Position numbers and translations under genes: made by a program. Source: Nitrosospira multiformis ATCC 25196 (lineage in GTDB: Bacteria; Pseudomonadota; Gammaproteobacteria; Burkholderiales; Nitrosomonadaceae). Taken from it: a stretch of 32,000 bases of DNA. The DNA lies in NCBI RefSeq assembly GCF_000196355.1, contig NC_007614.1, positions 3,030,001 through 3,062,000 on the forward strand, given 5' to 3'. Shown one piece after another: positions 12,963 to 23,622 of the stretch. The notes beneath the pieces are model-generated. The model saw only the letters and a list, made by a program, of their open reading frames with translations. It had not been told where the DNA came from and ran no database searches. The stretch's first letter is position 1, and every line of letters begins with the position of its first letter.

Positions 12963-13181
12963 CGAGTTGTGCGGCACACGCTACGCCATACCGCTATCAC
13001 ACACTTGGTTCAAGCTGGAGTGGATCTGCCTACGGTAAAAAGGATTTCAGGGCATAAGACCTAATAATGGTTGAACGTTATGCTCACCAGAACGGCAAAC
13101 ATATCTTATGCTCACCAGAACGGCGAACATATCAAGACAGCAATGGATAAACTTGGGGACCGCTATCGGAAGATTAGGTAG
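12963..13181 (+). pseudogene. 3' fragment of a tyrosine recombinase (phage-type integrase) gene, disrupted
   Basis: It reads 'RHTLRHTAITHLVQAGVDLPTVKRISGHKT*', which contains the R-H-x-x-R box region. After a 1-nt frame change it continues 'MVERYAHQNG.HI..AMDKLGDRY', which contains the catalytic-Tyr 'RYAH' motif. The N-terminal approximately 80% of the gene is missing. A stop follows GHKT, and a 28-bp tandem duplication breaks the frame. Confidence 0.7.
13078..13133 (+). repeat. 28-bp tandem duplication inside the integrase remnant
   Basis: ttatgctcaccagaacggcaaacatatc (13078-13105) is followed directly by ttatgctcaccagaacggcgaacatatc (13106-13133). The match is 27/28. Confidence 0.9.
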
Positions 13182-13257
13182 TAATTCTCTTCGCAATTAC
13201 ACAAGAATTACACAAAGCAAAAGGTTTTCCGATATTAAATCTTCTAACTTGAATTAC

Positions 13258-13333
<76 letters not shown>

Positions 13334-13676
13334 TATTAAAACGATTATCCTGTAACAGTCGATTCAGGTACAGGTTTTTAACCGGCGAGATTGTAGCACA
13401 GTGCCAATTCTGTTGGAATCCAGCGTGCAAGATTAAAAACTGGAGCAACCGTAGAAACGGTACGATTTTCTTGCCGAACTACGTTTCTGTTTCACCTCTT
13501 GACCGTCTCTTGCAAACACGAAATGCAGTCAGGCATGCCGGTTACGGCAGAGTATCCAGCCTCTTAAAAACAGTGGAATTTCTTGCTCCCACACATCGGA
13601 GCATTAACCGCCTGAAAATCAGCTGCCTGAAACTCGTCCAAACAGGCTACAATTCAGCATTTTAGCAGCAATAGGC

Positions 13677-14684
13677 ATGCGCATTTCCCACGGCACTCCC
13701 GTTCAGGCTGATGCGCCGGTTGCCCTCACCATCGGCAATTTCGATGGGGTGCATCTGGGGCACCAGGCGATGCTTGCGCGCCTGAAAAAGGCAGCTGACC
13801 GGCTTGGTGTCGAATCCTGTGTCATGATTTTCGAACCGCATCCGCGTGAATTTTTCGCACCGGATAAGGCGCCCACGCGGCTCACCAGCCTGCGGGAGAA
13901 GCTGGAGTTGCTGGCGGCAGCCGGAGTGGAGCGGGTGCAGATATGCCGCTTCGATTTCGATTTTGCCAGAATTCCGGCGGAGGATTTTATTGTCCGCATC
14001 CTTCAGCATGGTCTGGCTGCGCGCTGGATCCTGGTGGGAGACGACTTTCGCTTCGGTGCACGCCGTGCCGGTGATTATGAGATGCTCAAGGCATTTTCGG
14101 CAGAGTGCGGTTTCGAGGTGGAGGACATGCCGGGCTTTACCGTAAACGGCCTGCGGGTTTCAAGCACGGCGGTTCGCGAAGCATTGGCGGCCGGCGATCT
14201 CGACCTGGTCAAACGCCTGCTGGGCCGTTTCTACAGCATCAGCGGGCGCGTGGTGGATGGCGACAAGCTGGGCAAGAAGATCGGGTTTCCTACCGCGAAC
14301 ATCCAGCTCAAGCATAATCGCCCGCCGCTGGCGGGAATCTTTGCCGTTGAAGTCGAAATGGAAGCTTCGGGTAACGAGACGCCGCCGTCATTGGAAGTGC
14401 CTTCATTGGATACACTGCGGGGGGTTGCAAGCCTGGGGGTGCGTCCTACCGTGCATGAGCATGGCAAGCCGGTGCTGGAGGTTCACCTGTTCGATTTCGA
14501 CCAGGAAATTTATGGCCGCCATTTGCGGGTGCATTTTCTTCACAAGCTGCGTGATGAGGAAAAATATTCCGGCCTCGAGGCGCTGACCAGACAGATTGGC
14601 CGGGATGTGGACAATGCAAAGAATTACTTCTCCTCGTTATCCGCAGCGCCCGCTCTTTCTGAAAAGAAGCTTGTGCAAGGATAA
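13677..14684 (+). CDS. ribF: Bifunctional riboflavin kinase / FAD synthetase
   Basis: N-terminal 'LTIGNFDGVHLGHQAML' nucleotidyltransferase motif. C-terminal riboflavin kinase region 'GFPTANI...GVASLGVRPT...LEVHLFDF'. Conserved ribF-ileS-lspA synteny. Confidence 0.9.
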   Translation: MRISHGTPVQADAPVALTIGNFDGVHLGHQAMLARLKKAADRLGVESCVMIFEPHPREFFAPDKAPTRLTSLREKLELLAAAGVERVQICRFDFDFARIPAEDFIVRILQHGLAARWILVGDDFRFGARRAGDYEMLKAFSAECGFEVEDMPGFTVNGLRVSSTAVREALAAGDLDLVKRLLGRFYSISGRVVDGDKLGKKIGFPTANIQLKHNRPPLAGIFAVEVEMEASGNETPPSLEVPSLDTLRGVASLGVRPTVHEHGKPVLEVHLFDFDQEIYGRHLRVHFLHKLRDEEKYSGLEALTRQIGRDVDNAKNYFSSLSAAPALSEKKLVQG

Positions 14685-14723
14685 GGCTGCCATTGCTGCC
14701 ATTCGCTACTTTTTCGATATTTC

Positions 14724-17555
14724 ATGACCGACTATAAGAAAACGCTGAACCTGCCCGATACGCCTTTTCCGATGCGCGGCGATCTCGCGAAGCGAGAGCC
14801 TGTGATGCTCAAGGCATGGGAAGAAAAGGATCTTTATCAGAGAATCCGGGAAGCCTGCAAAGGCCGCCCCAAGTTCGTGCTGCATGATGGACCGCCGTAT
14901 GCCAACGGGGATATACACATCGGCCACGCGGTCAACAAGATACTGAAAGACATCATCATCAAGTCGAAGACCTTGGCTGGCTTCGATGCGCCCTATGTGC
15001 CGGGCTGGGATTGCCATGGCCTGCCGATCGAGCACCAGATCGAAAAGAAGTACGGCAAGAATTTGCCGGGGGATAAGGTGCGCGAGCTATGCCGCGCTTT
15101 TGCAAAGGAGCAGGTTGCGCGGCAGAAAGCCGATTTCATCCGCCTCGGTGTCCTGGGCGATTGGGATAACCCTTACCTCACCATGAATTACCGCACGGAG
15201 GCGGGCATTATCCGTGCGTTGGGCAAAATCCATGAAAACGGCTATCTCTACCAGGGGCAAAAGCCGGTCAACTGGTGTATCGATTGCGGCTCGGCATTGG
15301 CTGAAGCGGAAGTCGAATATGAAGACAAGACCTCACCTGCGATAGACGTGAAATTCAGGGTGGCTGATCCGGCCGCATTCTGGCAAAAGGTCTTGAAACC
15401 ATCGGATGATTTGCTGCCTCCGGTTACCCATGATGACAAACCCGTTTATGTCGTTATCTGGACGACCACCCCCTGGACCTTGCCGGCCAACCAGGCGGTG
15501 AGTTTGAACCCTGATGAAGAATACGTTGCGATCGACACCGGAAGTGAGTTCTTACTTCTGGCCGATGCCCTTGCTGACAGCGCCTTGTCCCGCTATGGAA
15601 TCTTAAAAGCCGATGTAAGCATTGCGGGCAGATGTACGGGTGCCGCCTTGGAACACATGTTGCTGCAGCATCCGTTTTACTCCCGGCAGGTGCCCATCAT
15701 TCTGGGAGAACATGTCACCATGGATGCGGGAACAGGTGCGGTGCATACCGCTCCCGCGCATGGGGTGGACGATTATGTGGTGGGCCAGAAGTACGGCTTG
15801 CCGGTGGATAATCCGGTGGGGAATGACGGACGCTTCTTCGATTCTGTGCCGCTCGTCGGCGGGCTTTCCATATGGAAGGCGAACGAGGTGGTAATACAGG
15901 CATTGGAGAAGAACGGCCTTTTGTTGAAGAACGAAAAGCTTCAACACAGCTACCCGCACTGCTGGCGGCATCGGACACCGATCATCTTCCGCGCGACCCC
16001 CCAGTGGTTTATATCCATGGACAAGGAAGTCTCGCGTAAGAATCATGGTGAAGTTGCGCAATCGCTGCGCGAATCGGCGACAGCCGCCGTGGAGGCAACC
16101 GCCTTTTACCCGTCCTGGGGAAAAGCCCGGCTGGAAGCGATGGTCAACAACCGGCCGGACTGGTGCATTTCGCGCCAACGCAACTGGGGTGTGCCGATGG
16201 CGCTTTTCGTCAACAAGGAAACCCATGAACTGCACCCGCGCACGAGCGAACTGCTGGAGCAGGTTGCTCAACGGGTGGAGCAGGAAGGGATTGAAGCATG
16301 GTTTCGTTTGGATGCGAAGGAACTCCTGGGAGAGGAAGCGAAAGATTACAAGAAGCTTACGGATACGCTGGATGTGTGGTTCGATTCGGGTACGACGCAC
16401 GATACGGTTCTGAAGCCTGATCCGCAATTGAAGTATCCGGCCGACCTTTACCTGGAGGGGTCGGACCAGCACCGCGGCTGGTTCCAGTCCTCCCTGCTCA
16501 CCGGTTGCGCGATTGACGGGCGCGCTCCTTACGATGCCCTGCTCACGCATGGCTTCGTGGTGGACGGGCACGGCCATAAGATGAGCAAATCCAGGGGGAA
16601 TGTGATTGCGCCGCAGAAGGTGATGGATACGTCGGGAGCGGATATCCTGCGATTATGGGTGGGGTCCACGGATTATTCGGGAGAGCTTTCGATATCGGAT
16701 GAAATCCTGAAGCGGGTGGTGGAGAGCTACCGGCGGATACGCAATACGCTGCGTTTTCTGCTTGCCAATCTTGCAGATTTTGATTCATCAACCGATGCCG
16801 TGCCCATCGAGCAGTGGCTGGAAATAGACCGCTACATTCTGGCCTTTACGAGAAGGCTCCAGGATAAGGTGGTGGAAGATTACTGCAACTTTGACTTTCA
16901 TTTGATCGTGCATCGCTTGCATAACTTCTGTTCCGAGGATCTTGGCGGTTTCTACCTCGATGTCCTCAAGGACCGGCTATATACAGCCAGCGCCAATGGT
17001 CTTCCGCGCCGTTCCGCCCAAAGCGCGCTGCATCACATTGCCCATAGCCTCGTGCGCTTGTTTGCGCCCATCCTCAGCTTTACTTCCGAAGAGGTATGGC
17101 AATATCTCCACGGCGATTCGGAGAACAGCATTTTCCTGCATACATGGCACAGGCTACCGCCGCAGCCGGATGAGGAAGCGCTCGTGACGCGCTGGAGCAG
17201 GATACGCGAATTGCGCTCGCAGGTTCAAAAAGCCCTGGAGGAGTCGCGCGCCTCCGGGAAGATCGGTTCTTCGCTTGCAGCCGAGGTGCAGATTCGAGTT
17301 TCTGGAGATGATTTTTCTCTGCTGGAGTCGCTAGGCGATGATCTCCGGCTTGTCATGATCACCTCGGCAGCGCAGGCCGTTCACATTGAGAAACTGGAGG
17401 GCGAAAGCATTGCCGTAACGCCCAGCGTCCACCCGAAATGCGAACGGTGCTGGCATTATCGGGAGGATGTAGGTGTGGACAGGGAGCACCCGACCATTTG
17501 CGGGCGATGCGTATCCAACCTGTATGGGGCGGGCGAGGCTAGACGATATGCTTGA
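14724..17555 (+). CDS. ileS: Isoleucine--tRNA ligase (943 aa)
   Basis: Class I motifs '[15 protein letters not shown]' (HIGH) and 'KMSKSRGN' (KMSKS). C-terminal zinc-binding cysteines 'CERCWHY...CGRC'. Length and synteny fit ileS. Confidence 0.97.
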   Translation: MTDYKKTLNLPDTPFPMRGDLAKREPVMLKAWEEKDLYQRIREACKGRPKFVLHDGPPYANGDIHIGHAVNKILKDIIIKSKTLAGFDAPYVPGWDCHGLPIEHQIEKKYGKNLPGDKVRELCRAFAKEQVARQKADFIRLGVLGDWDNPYLTMNYRTEAGIIRALGKIHENGYLYQGQKPVNWCIDCGSALAEAEVEYEDKTSPAIDVKFRVADPAAFWQKVLKPSDDLLPPVTHDDKPVYVVIWTTTPWTLPANQAVSLNPDEEYVAIDTGSEFLLLADALADSALSRYGILKADVSIAGRCTGAALEHMLLQHPFYSRQVPIILGEHVTMDAGTGAVHTAPAHGVDDYVVGQKYGLPVDNPVGNDGRFFDSVPLVGGLSIWKANEVVIQALEKNGLLLKNEKLQHSYPHCWRHRTPIIFRATPQWFISMDKEVSRKNHGEVAQSLRESATAAVEATAFYPSWGKARLEAMVNNRPDWCISRQRNWGVPMALFVNKETHELHPRTSELLEQVAQRVEQEGIEAWFRLDAKELLGEEAKDYKKLTDTLDVWFDSGTTHDTVLKPDPQLKYPADLYLEGSDQHRGWFQSSLLTGCAIDGRAPYDALLTHGFVVDGHGHKMSKSRGNVIAPQKVMDTSGADILRLWVGSTDYSGELSISDEILKRVVESYRRIRNTLRFLLANLADFDSSTDAVPIEQWLEIDRYILAFTRRLQDKVVEDYCNFDFHLIVHRLHNFCSEDLGGFYLDVLKDRLYTASANGLPRRSAQSALHHIAHSLVRLFAPILSFTSEEVWQYLHGDSENSIFLHTWHRLPPQPDEEALVTRWSRIRELRSQVQKALEESRASGKIGSSLAAEVQIRVSGDDFSLLESLGDDLRLVMITSAAQAVHIEKLEGESIAVTPSVHPKCERCWHYREDVGVDREHPTICGRCVSNLYGAGEARRYA

Positions 17556-17582
17556 ACAAGTTTCTTGGGAGGACAGGCTTAT

Positions 17583-18065
17583 ATGAAGCTGTGGGTAAGC
17601 CTGGTTATTGCGCTGATTGTAGTGGTGCTCGATTTCGTCACGAAGCGCTGGATAGAGGGCGTATTGGATTATGGCGAGCATGTGCCGCTGACCGGTTTTT
17701 TCAATCTGGTGCTGGCATATAACGCGGGAGCCGCGTTCAGCTTCCTGAGTGATGCGGGAGGGTGGCAGCGCTGGTTTTTCACGACCGTTTCCGCAGGCGC
17801 TTCTGTATTAATCGTTTTTTTGCTGTACAGGCATGCGGCAGATAAACTTTTCTGCATCGCTTTGAGCCTGATCCTCGGAGGTGCCCTGGGGAACTTATGG
17901 GACCGGGCTACCCTGGGTCATGTCGTCGATTTTCTGGATTTCCATGTAGCGGGCTATCACTGGCCCGCCTTCAACGTCGCGGATTCAGCGATTTCGCTTG
18001 GAGCCGTATTGCTGGTGATCGACGGTTTTCGGCGAAAGGATGCCGATATCGCAAAGAGCAGGTGA
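17583..18065 (+). CDS. lspA: Lipoprotein signal peptidase (signal peptidase II)
   Basis: Four TM segments with 'NAGAAFSF', 'GGALGNLWDR', 'VVDFLDF' and 'FNVADSAI' motifs. I prefer the ATG at 17583 (GGGAGGA SD 8 nt upstream) over the TTG at 17565. Confidence 0.9.
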   Translation: MKLWVSLVIALIVVVLDFVTKRWIEGVLDYGEHVPLTGFFNLVLAYNAGAAFSFLSDAGGWQRWFFTTVSAGASVLIVFLLYRHAADKLFCIALSLILGGALGNLWDRATLGHVVDFLDFHVAGYHWPAFNVADSAISLGAVLLVIDGFRRKDADIAKSR

Positions 18066-18085
18066 TTCCAGCGCAAGAAGAGGTT

Positions 18086-18640
18086 TCAGACGGCGGTCTT
18101 GCCGGGCTGCCACATCACGTCTTCCACACCTTGCTGCCGATTCAGGAAGCGGCATAATACGAACAGAAAATCCGACAGCCGGTTGAGATACTGAAGATGG
18201 GCAGGAATCAACGTTTCTGCCTGGTAGAGCTCTACGAGCCGCCTTTCGGCGCGACGGCATACTGCGCGGGCAACGTGGCATAATGAAGCGGCGCGGGTGC
18301 CACCGGGAAGTATGAATTCCCCGAGCGCCGGTAACCCTTCGTTGTAATGGTCCAGTTGCGCCTCCAGGCGGTTGGCCTGTCCGACATTGATAGTGACCCG
18401 TCCGGGAATGCACAGATCCCCGCCCAGATCGAACAGCTCGTGCTGGATATCTTCCAGTTTTATCCTGATATCGCCATCCAGCGCTTCCGCAAGCAACAGG
18501 CCAATGAAACTGTTGAGCTCATCAACCATGCCCATGGCTTCGACGCGCTGACTGTGCTTGGAAGAGCGGGTACCGTCCCCCAGTCCAGTCGTCCCGTCAT
18601 CACCCGTCCGCGTATAGATCCTGCTCAGGCGCTTTCTCAT
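18086..18640 (-). CDS. PduO-type ATP:cob(I)alamin adenosyltransferase
   Basis: The N-terminus 'RLSRIYTRTGDDGTTGLGDGTR' is the hallmark of the PduO/MMAB family. The approximately 184-aa helical-bundle size fits. Confidence 0.85.
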   Translation of the reverse strand: MRKRLSRIYTRTGDDGTTGLGDGTRSSKHSQRVEAMGMVDELNSFIGLLLAEALDGDIRIKLEDIQHELFDLGGDLCIPGRVTINVGQANRLEAQLDHYNEGLPALGEFILPGGTRAASLCHVARAVCRRAERRLVELYQAETLIPAHLQYLNRLSDFLFVLCRFLNRQQGVEDVMWQPGKTAV

Positions 18641-18694
18641 GCCAGTCGTCAGGTCAATTCGGGGAGTGATTTTCGTTAACCGGGCAATACGACC

Positions 18695-20227
18695 TCACCC
18701 TTCCTGCCCCTGCTTGCTTTGACCGCGTGGCGGCATGAATAACGCGGGAATGGGTTTTTTTTGCTGCTTATGGGCAAAATAGTCGAACCGTTTTTCCGGC
18801 AGGGGTGTTTCGGACTTGGCACTGGTTCTGTCCGAAGGCTCTCCTGAAAACGTGCCCGGCGTATAGGGCTGGGTAAAGAGCGGGTCCTCCGGCAACTTGC
18901 CGGTTCTGCGGGAGCCTGCATGCTCCTTGGAACTCCTGGCAGTTTTACCCTTGGTCCCGTTAAGCGACATAACCGAATTTGCCTGCTCCAGTTTCCGCGG
19001 CTGCGATCCGCGAGGCTGCGACCCCGCAGATTTCTGATCGATTCTTCCGTGCGAGATCGCAGCTTCCCCTTGAGCAACCGGGGTTTCCGGCTCGAAACCT
19101 GGAACGACTTTCGATTCCAGCTTGAATTTGAGCAATTTCTCGATGCCTTTGAGTAATTCCGCCTCATCCTCGCATACGAGTGATACGGCATCGCCCTTGG
19201 TTCCAGCCCGGCCCGTGCGGCCAATGCGATGTACGTAATCCTCGGGATTTGTCGGTAACTCGAAATTGACCACGTGCGGCAATTCCTCGATGTCCAATCC
19301 CCGGGCAGCCACGTCGGTCGCCACCAGGACGCGGACCACGCCCTGTTTGAATTTTGCCAGCGCTTCGGTACGCTGCGTCTGGGTTTTGTCCCCATGAATC
19401 GCCGTTGCACTGATATGGTCCCGTTCCAGCTGGTGAGCCAGGCGGCTCGCTCCATGCTTGGTCCGGGCAAATACCAGAACCTGTTGCAGGTCTTGCGATT
19501 TGATGAGGTGCGCCAACAATTCACGCTTGCGCTCGCGAACCACAGGATGTACAACATGAGTTATCAATTCAGTGATGGTGTTGCGCCTAGCGACTTCGAC
19601 CAGTACCGGCTCTCTCAGAAGCTTCCCCGCAAGTTTCTTGATTTCATCGGAAAATGTGGCCGAAAACATCAGGCTCTGGCGCTGGGATGGCAGCAATGCA
19701 AGAATGCGCTTGATATCCGGCAAAAAACCCATGTCGAGCATCCGGTCTGCCTCATCCAGTATGAGAATCTCTACCTTGGATAAGTTGATCGCCTTCTGCT
19801 GAACGTGATCCAGGAGCCGTCCCGGCGTAGCCACCAGAATTTCTACCCCCGCCCGCAACTCTCGAGTTTGCGGTTCCATATCCACCCCGCCGTAAACTGC
19901 AGCGTATCTCAGTGGAAGATACTTGCCATACGTTTTTACGCTCTCGTGCACCTGGATAGCGAGTTCGCGCGTGGGAACGAGAATCAGCGTACGGATGGGG
20001 TGCCGGGCGGGAGAGGCGCTGGTGTTGGCGCCGGATTGCAGGAGATTCAACATCGGCAATGTAAAACTCGCAGTCTTGCCGGTACCGGTCTGTGCTGCGC
20101 CCATGATATCCCTGCCTTCGAGGATATGGGGAATTGCCTGGGTCTGAATCGGAGTTGGGTCGGTATAGCCTTGATCTGCTATGGCGCGCAGAATCTCGGG
20201 CGTTAAATTAAGTTCGGTAAACGACAT
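18695..20227 (-). CDS. rhlE: ATP-dependent DEAD-box RNA helicase (RhlE-like) with a basic C-terminal extension
   Basis: Q-motif region '[14 protein letters not shown]', motif I 'AQTGTGKT', 'DEAD', 'SAT' and '[10 protein letters not shown]'. The first ATG is at 20227. The ORF-track start at 20254 is a TTG. Confidence 0.9.
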   Translation of the reverse strand: MSFTELNLTPEILRAIADQGYTDPTPIQTQAIPHILEGRDIMGAAQTGTGKTASFTLPMLNLLQSGANTSASPARHPIRTLILVPTRELAIQVHESVKTYGKYLPLRYAAVYGGVDMEPQTRELRAGVEILVATPGRLLDHVQQKAINLSKVEILILDEADRMLDMGFLPDIKRILALLPSQRQSLMFSATFSDEIKKLAGKLLREPVLVEVARRNTITELITHVVHPVVRERKRELLAHLIKSQDLQQVLVFARTKHGASRLAHQLERDHISATAIHGDKTQTQRTEALAKFKQGVVRVLVATDVAARGLDIEELPHVVNFELPTNPEDYVHRIGRTGRAGTKGDAVSLVCEDEAELLKGIEKLLKFKLESKVVPGFEPETPVAQGEAAISHGRIDQKSAGSQPRGSQPRKLEQANSVMSLNGTKGKTARSSKEHAGSRRTGKLPEDPLFTQPYTPGTFSGEPSDRTSAKSETPLPEKRFDYFAHKQQKKPIPALFMPPRGQSKQGQEG

Positions 20228-20466
20228 ATTCAATACTTCGAGACCGCATGACAAGGGGTGTCGACGCGGTCGGAGGAGGATAATTTATAAATAAGGAAAT
20301 GATGTACAACACTGGTTGTAGAAGATGAAGAGACTAAACGCGATGTAGAGCGTTGAACAGCATTGGTCTATTTGCGACGCATCGAATTTATTAAGGTGTA
20401 TCAGTATTAACGTCGCCCGATAATCAAAAGTTTAGACTATCTGTGAATTATAAAATTCATTCGTTC

Positions 20467-21249
20467 CTAATCATTTCTCGCTTGCTGGCGAATACTTTCG
20501 GGCTTGGTTCCTCTGATCCATTCGCCGCTTTTCGTGAAAACACGCAATAATACCGGTGCGCCACCAATCGCTACCGCATCGACGAGGCAATACCACGCCG
20601 CTACACCGCTGGGCGGATTTCCCTGGGACAAACTGAGGACAGGCTCTATCGTAGCCCACTTCCATGTCCCGACCGCGGTGCCGATCAATTCCAGCCAGGT
20701 GGTAATAAAAAAGGCTGCCAGATAAACCATTGGGGAGCGGCCCTTGAACAGATATATCAGAAACACGCAAAATAGCAGTGCCCCTACCTGATCTCCCTGC
20801 TCAGGGTATCCGCTGATCCCCCAGAGCGACCAGAGACCACAGGTCAGGACCACGAAAGCCGCTATTTTTCGGGAATGCCTCAGAAAGAGGCCGGAGCGGG
20901 CCAGGGCGACTGCGGTAAGGTAAACCATGCCATGCCCAGGGGGCACGTAGGCTGGCACATTTCCAAAACGATAGGTGTAGCCCTGCATGTAAATGGAAGC
21001 AAAATGCTCACCCGCAGTAGCGAAAGCGACCGCGATGATCACTTGCATCCGCACTTCTTTATTTTCGCCAATCAACAGTCCGAACAGAAACGTCCAGGCA
21101 ATCAATCCCATGAAGTTTTGCTGCGCGAGACTGCCAGTTGCATCCAGATTCAGGCTGATCGCTACACAAAGAAAAGTGAGTGTGGCGATAAAGTAGTCAC
21201 GCATCCTGTGCGCATAGGGAGTATCTGGTTTGGGAAAGTTGCGTAACAT
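20467..21249 (-). CDS. Integral membrane protein of unknown function (260 aa, about 7 TM segments)
   Basis: Long ORF with repeated hydrophobic segments. I recognise no family motif. Confidence 0.55.
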   Translation of the reverse strand: MLRNFPKPDTPYAHRMRDYFIATLTFLCVAISLNLDATGSLAQQNFMGLIAWTFLFGLLIGENKEVRMQVIIAVAFATAGEHFASIYMQGYTYRFGNVPAYVPPGHGMVYLTAVALARSGLFLRHSRKIAAFVVLTCGLWSLWGISGYPEQGDQVGALLFCVFLIYLFKGRSPMVYLAAFFITTWLELIGTAVGTWKWATIEPVLSLSQGNPPSGVAAWYCLVDAVAIGGAPVLLRVFTKSGEWIRGTKPESIRQQARND

Positions 21250-21410
21250 TTCTTGGATCTAGTGTTGGAGACAGCTGCCCGGAGGCCGTAGGATAATTTA
21301 ACCCGCACGAGGCTTAACAACTATAAAGTGTGAACCATACCATACATCCGGGATTTCTTTGTGGCGTTTCTGCGGGGAGATAGGCAGGAAGACGAAATCA
21401 AGGCCTCCAT

Positions 21411-21453
21411 GAAATAAAACCACTGTTTCCGGTTGTTACCGGAAACAGTGGTT
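21411..21453 (-). terminator. Strong hairpin / probable rho-independent terminator downstream of cycB
   Basis: Perfect 15-bp inverted repeat: aaccactgtttccgg (21418-21432), ttgtta loop, ccggaaacagtggtt (21439-21453). On the minus strand it is followed by ttatttc. Confidence 0.6.
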
Positions 21454-21531
21454 GAACAGCAAAATTACTCGTATTGTTGTCAGGCGTCTTGAAGGAATAG
21501 GGGTACCAACCGCCAGCAAATCGGCTGATTA

Positions 21532-22134
21532 TTACTCCTCGTCTTCCTCATCCTCGTCGTCGTCATCCTTTTTTTCGGGCTTGAGCACCATCTTGCCCTG
21601 CTTGATGCTCTCGTTCAAGTCGGTTTCTGCAACTTCCTTGTGCACCAGGTTCTGGTGGCAGTCGATGCAGGTGGCGCCTTCCGTCTCCATCTTCTTGTGC
21701 GCGGCCTTGGCATCGGCTCCGGGAGGCTGCGGATTCTTGTGGCAGGCGCGGCAGGTGCGGCTGTCCCACTTCTTGAGATTCATGCGCGCATCGTGCGCCA
21801 TGATCAGGCGGCGCTCGTTGAATTTCTCCAGCGTGGAGTAGTCATTGACCATCTCCAGATAAAGCTCGCGCGCTCCGTCCACCACATGGGTCGCCACCGC
21901 CAGGTGGAAGTTCTGCAATCCCTGCGGGATGTGGCAGTCCTTGCAACCGGGGTTGGCGCCCAGGGCGCCATAGTGCGAGGATTCCTTCAACTCCTCGGCC
22001 GGATAAGTCATGGAGTGGCAACTGGTGCAGAATTCGGTGGTGGAGACGGCCGCTTCGCCGCCCAATACCACCGCCACCATCACCACGCCCAAGAGTGTGC
22101 CCACCAGGAGGGCACTACCTGTCTTCATCGCCAT
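21532..22134 (-). CDS. cycB: Membrane-anchored tetraheme cytochrome cM552 (NapC/NirT family)
   Basis: N-terminal TM anchor and four CXXCH motifs (CTSCH, CKDCH, CRACH, CIDCH). It lies immediately after cycA (stop TGA at 22136-22138, ATG at 22132-22134). The C-terminal tail is acidic. Confidence 0.85.
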   Translation of the reverse strand: MAMKTGSALLVGTLLGVVMVAVVLGGEAAVSTTEFCTSCHSMTYPAEELKESSHYGALGANPGCKDCHIPQGLQNFHLAVATHVVDGARELYLEMVNDYSTLEKFNERRLIMAHDARMNLKKWDSRTCRACHKNPQPPGADAKAAHKKMETEGATCIDCHQNLVHKEVAETDLNESIKQGKMVLKPEKKDDDDEDEEDEE

Positions 22135-22135
22135 G

Positions 22136-22843
22136 TCAGTCGTCCGAACCTTTCTCGCCTACCTTGGCGCTGGACTGGAATTCATCGTGGTACTTGAACT
22201 TCGGATCCCCCGTGAAGACCCCATCGAGCTTGTAGTGCTCGTGCATGGCCTTGGTGTCCTTGACGTACTTGTCAAAGTCGAAGGTGTATTTCTTGTCCAC
22301 GTCCGGGGTGAAGGGGGTGTAGGGTTCCTTGGCACCTTTCCACGGGCTGCCCTTGTAGTTCATGTGGCAGGCATTGCAGCTTTCCTCGAAGCTGAAGTCC
22401 TGCCCGGCATCGGCCAGCACCTGGCGGGAGGTGGTCTTCTTCGATTTCTCGAAAGCGGCGCCGGATTTGCGGTGGATGCCGCGGTACTTGGAGCCGGGTC
22501 CATGGCAGGATTCGCAGCCTACCCCGGTCAGGAACTTGCTCGGGTCGTCAATCGTGTAGCCGCCTTCCTTGCCCCAGCCATCCACATGACAGCCGACGCA
22601 GTCCTTGTCCTTGGTGTAGTCCTTGGCAGGATCGAGCTTGGCCTTCTTCTTGGCTTCGGCCTTGTTGTTGGGCTTCAGCGAGTCCATGGCCTTGGCGTGC
22701 GCCGTGCTGCCCCAGGATTCGGCCTGGCTCTTGTGACAGGAACTGCATTTCTTGCGGCCTTCAAACGATTCGGCAGAGGCGCTGCCGGCCATGACCGCAA
22801 ACAGGGCTGCTGCGGCCAGGGCGAGTGTCATGCGATGGTTCAT
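22136..22843 (-). CDS. cycA: Tetraheme cytochrome c554
   Basis: Signal peptide 'MTLALAAAALFAVMAGSASA'. Four CXXCH motifs (CSSCH, CVGCH, CESCH, CNACH). The size of 235 aa and the position between haoB and cycB match the ammonia-oxidiser cluster. A strong SD (AAAGGAGGA) is present. Confidence 0.9.
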   Translation of the reverse strand: MNHRMTLALAAAALFAVMAGSASAESFEGRKKCSSCHKSQAESWGSTAHAKAMDSLKPNNKAEAKKKAKLDPAKDYTKDKDCVGCHVDGWGKEGGYTIDDPSKFLTGVGCESCHGPGSKYRGIHRKSGAAFEKSKKTTSRQVLADAGQDFSFEESCNACHMNYKGSPWKGAKEPYTPFTPDVDKKYTFDFDKYVKDTKAMHEHYKLDGVFTGDPKFKYHDEFQSSAKVGEKGSDD

Positions 22844-23160
22844 CCTTCCTCCTTTTTTCTTTCGGCAAATATATCCGTTGTTTCCGTTATATCCCTGGAT
22901 TCGATTCTTGTATTTCTTCCAGCTCCATGCGACTGCAACCTGATCCGCATCCTGTTTTTCATTGCTTCCTGCTGCTTGTTCTTGTTCTTGTTCTTTTTTA
23001 CTGTATTTCCCTGTTATTGTAATGCGCTTGCAATGATCGCAATGTCAGGACACACTTTTTATTGTGTCCATACTGTATCTCTGGTTCATACAGACGGGTA
23101 GCACCAGTACCATCACTCTTTCTGGTACCACTGGTACCGGTGGCACCCCCAGCGCAGCAC

Positions 23161-23243
23161 GGGGGACCCGCAAAGCGGGGTCGGGCAGGGGGACCCGGAG
23201 CGCGGCGCGAGGGGCCCGCAAAGCGGGATCGGGCAGCGGGGGG
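23161..23243. repeat. Pair of GC-rich hairpin-containing repeats in the haoB-cycA spacer
   Basis: gggggacccgcaaagcggggtcgggcaggggg (23161-23192) and gaggggcccgcaaagcgggatcgggcagcggggg (23210-23243). Each contains the small palindrome cccgc-aaa-gcggg. Confidence 0.5.
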
Positions 23244-23590
23244 GCGCCGGGATCGCGCCTGATACAAAGTGTACGGATGCATGGCTGTATCGTCGCCGAA
23301 TTCTTTTTTCCCACGCGCGATCCCTTCCCGCAGCTTATATCCGGTATCGTGTTTCGGCTTGCTACAGCAAAAATCCTTGTTCCCGTGCAGGCCGCTTTGC
23401 AGTTCGATCGCCTTGAGAAGTACCGCGGCCGTGCCGGGTGCAGATGCGCAGAGGATCTGCGACAGGCTCAGCGTCGGTCGGGGACAAGGGCTACAGATGA
23501 ATGGAAGAAACGCGGGCAACAGACATGACCTGTTCCGCATTCTGAATCAGGACTCAACAAGCTGTCAGGCAGAACCTGGCCTGCTTCAGG

Positions 23591-23622
23591 TAAATAAAAA
23601 CAGCCCGGGCAAAGCCGGGCTG
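23591..23622 (-). terminator. Rho-independent terminator after haoB
   Basis: On the minus strand: cagcccgg-ctttgc-ccgggctg followed by tttttattta. It lies about 100 nt downstream of the haoB stop. Confidence 0.7.

Noticed and set aside
15603-16577. 324-aa minus-strand ORF
   Set aside because: It is antisense to ileS.
18676-19557. 293-aa minus-strand ORF
   Set aside because: It is an alternative frame of the DEAD-box helicase gene. The translation is Arg/Ser/Trp-rich.
22010-23101. 363-aa plus-strand ORF spanning cycB/cycA
   Set aside because: It is antisense to two well-supported cytochrome genes and crosses their boundary, so it is not a gene.
22998-23540. 180-aa minus-strand ORF and overlapping 122-154-aa plus-strand ORFs in the haoB-cycA spacer
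   Set aside because: Several overlapping frames are open only because of GC-rich repeats. The translations are Pro/Arg/Gly/Cys-rich, and there is no RBS or motif. I kept this as a finding about the spacer rather than as a CDS.
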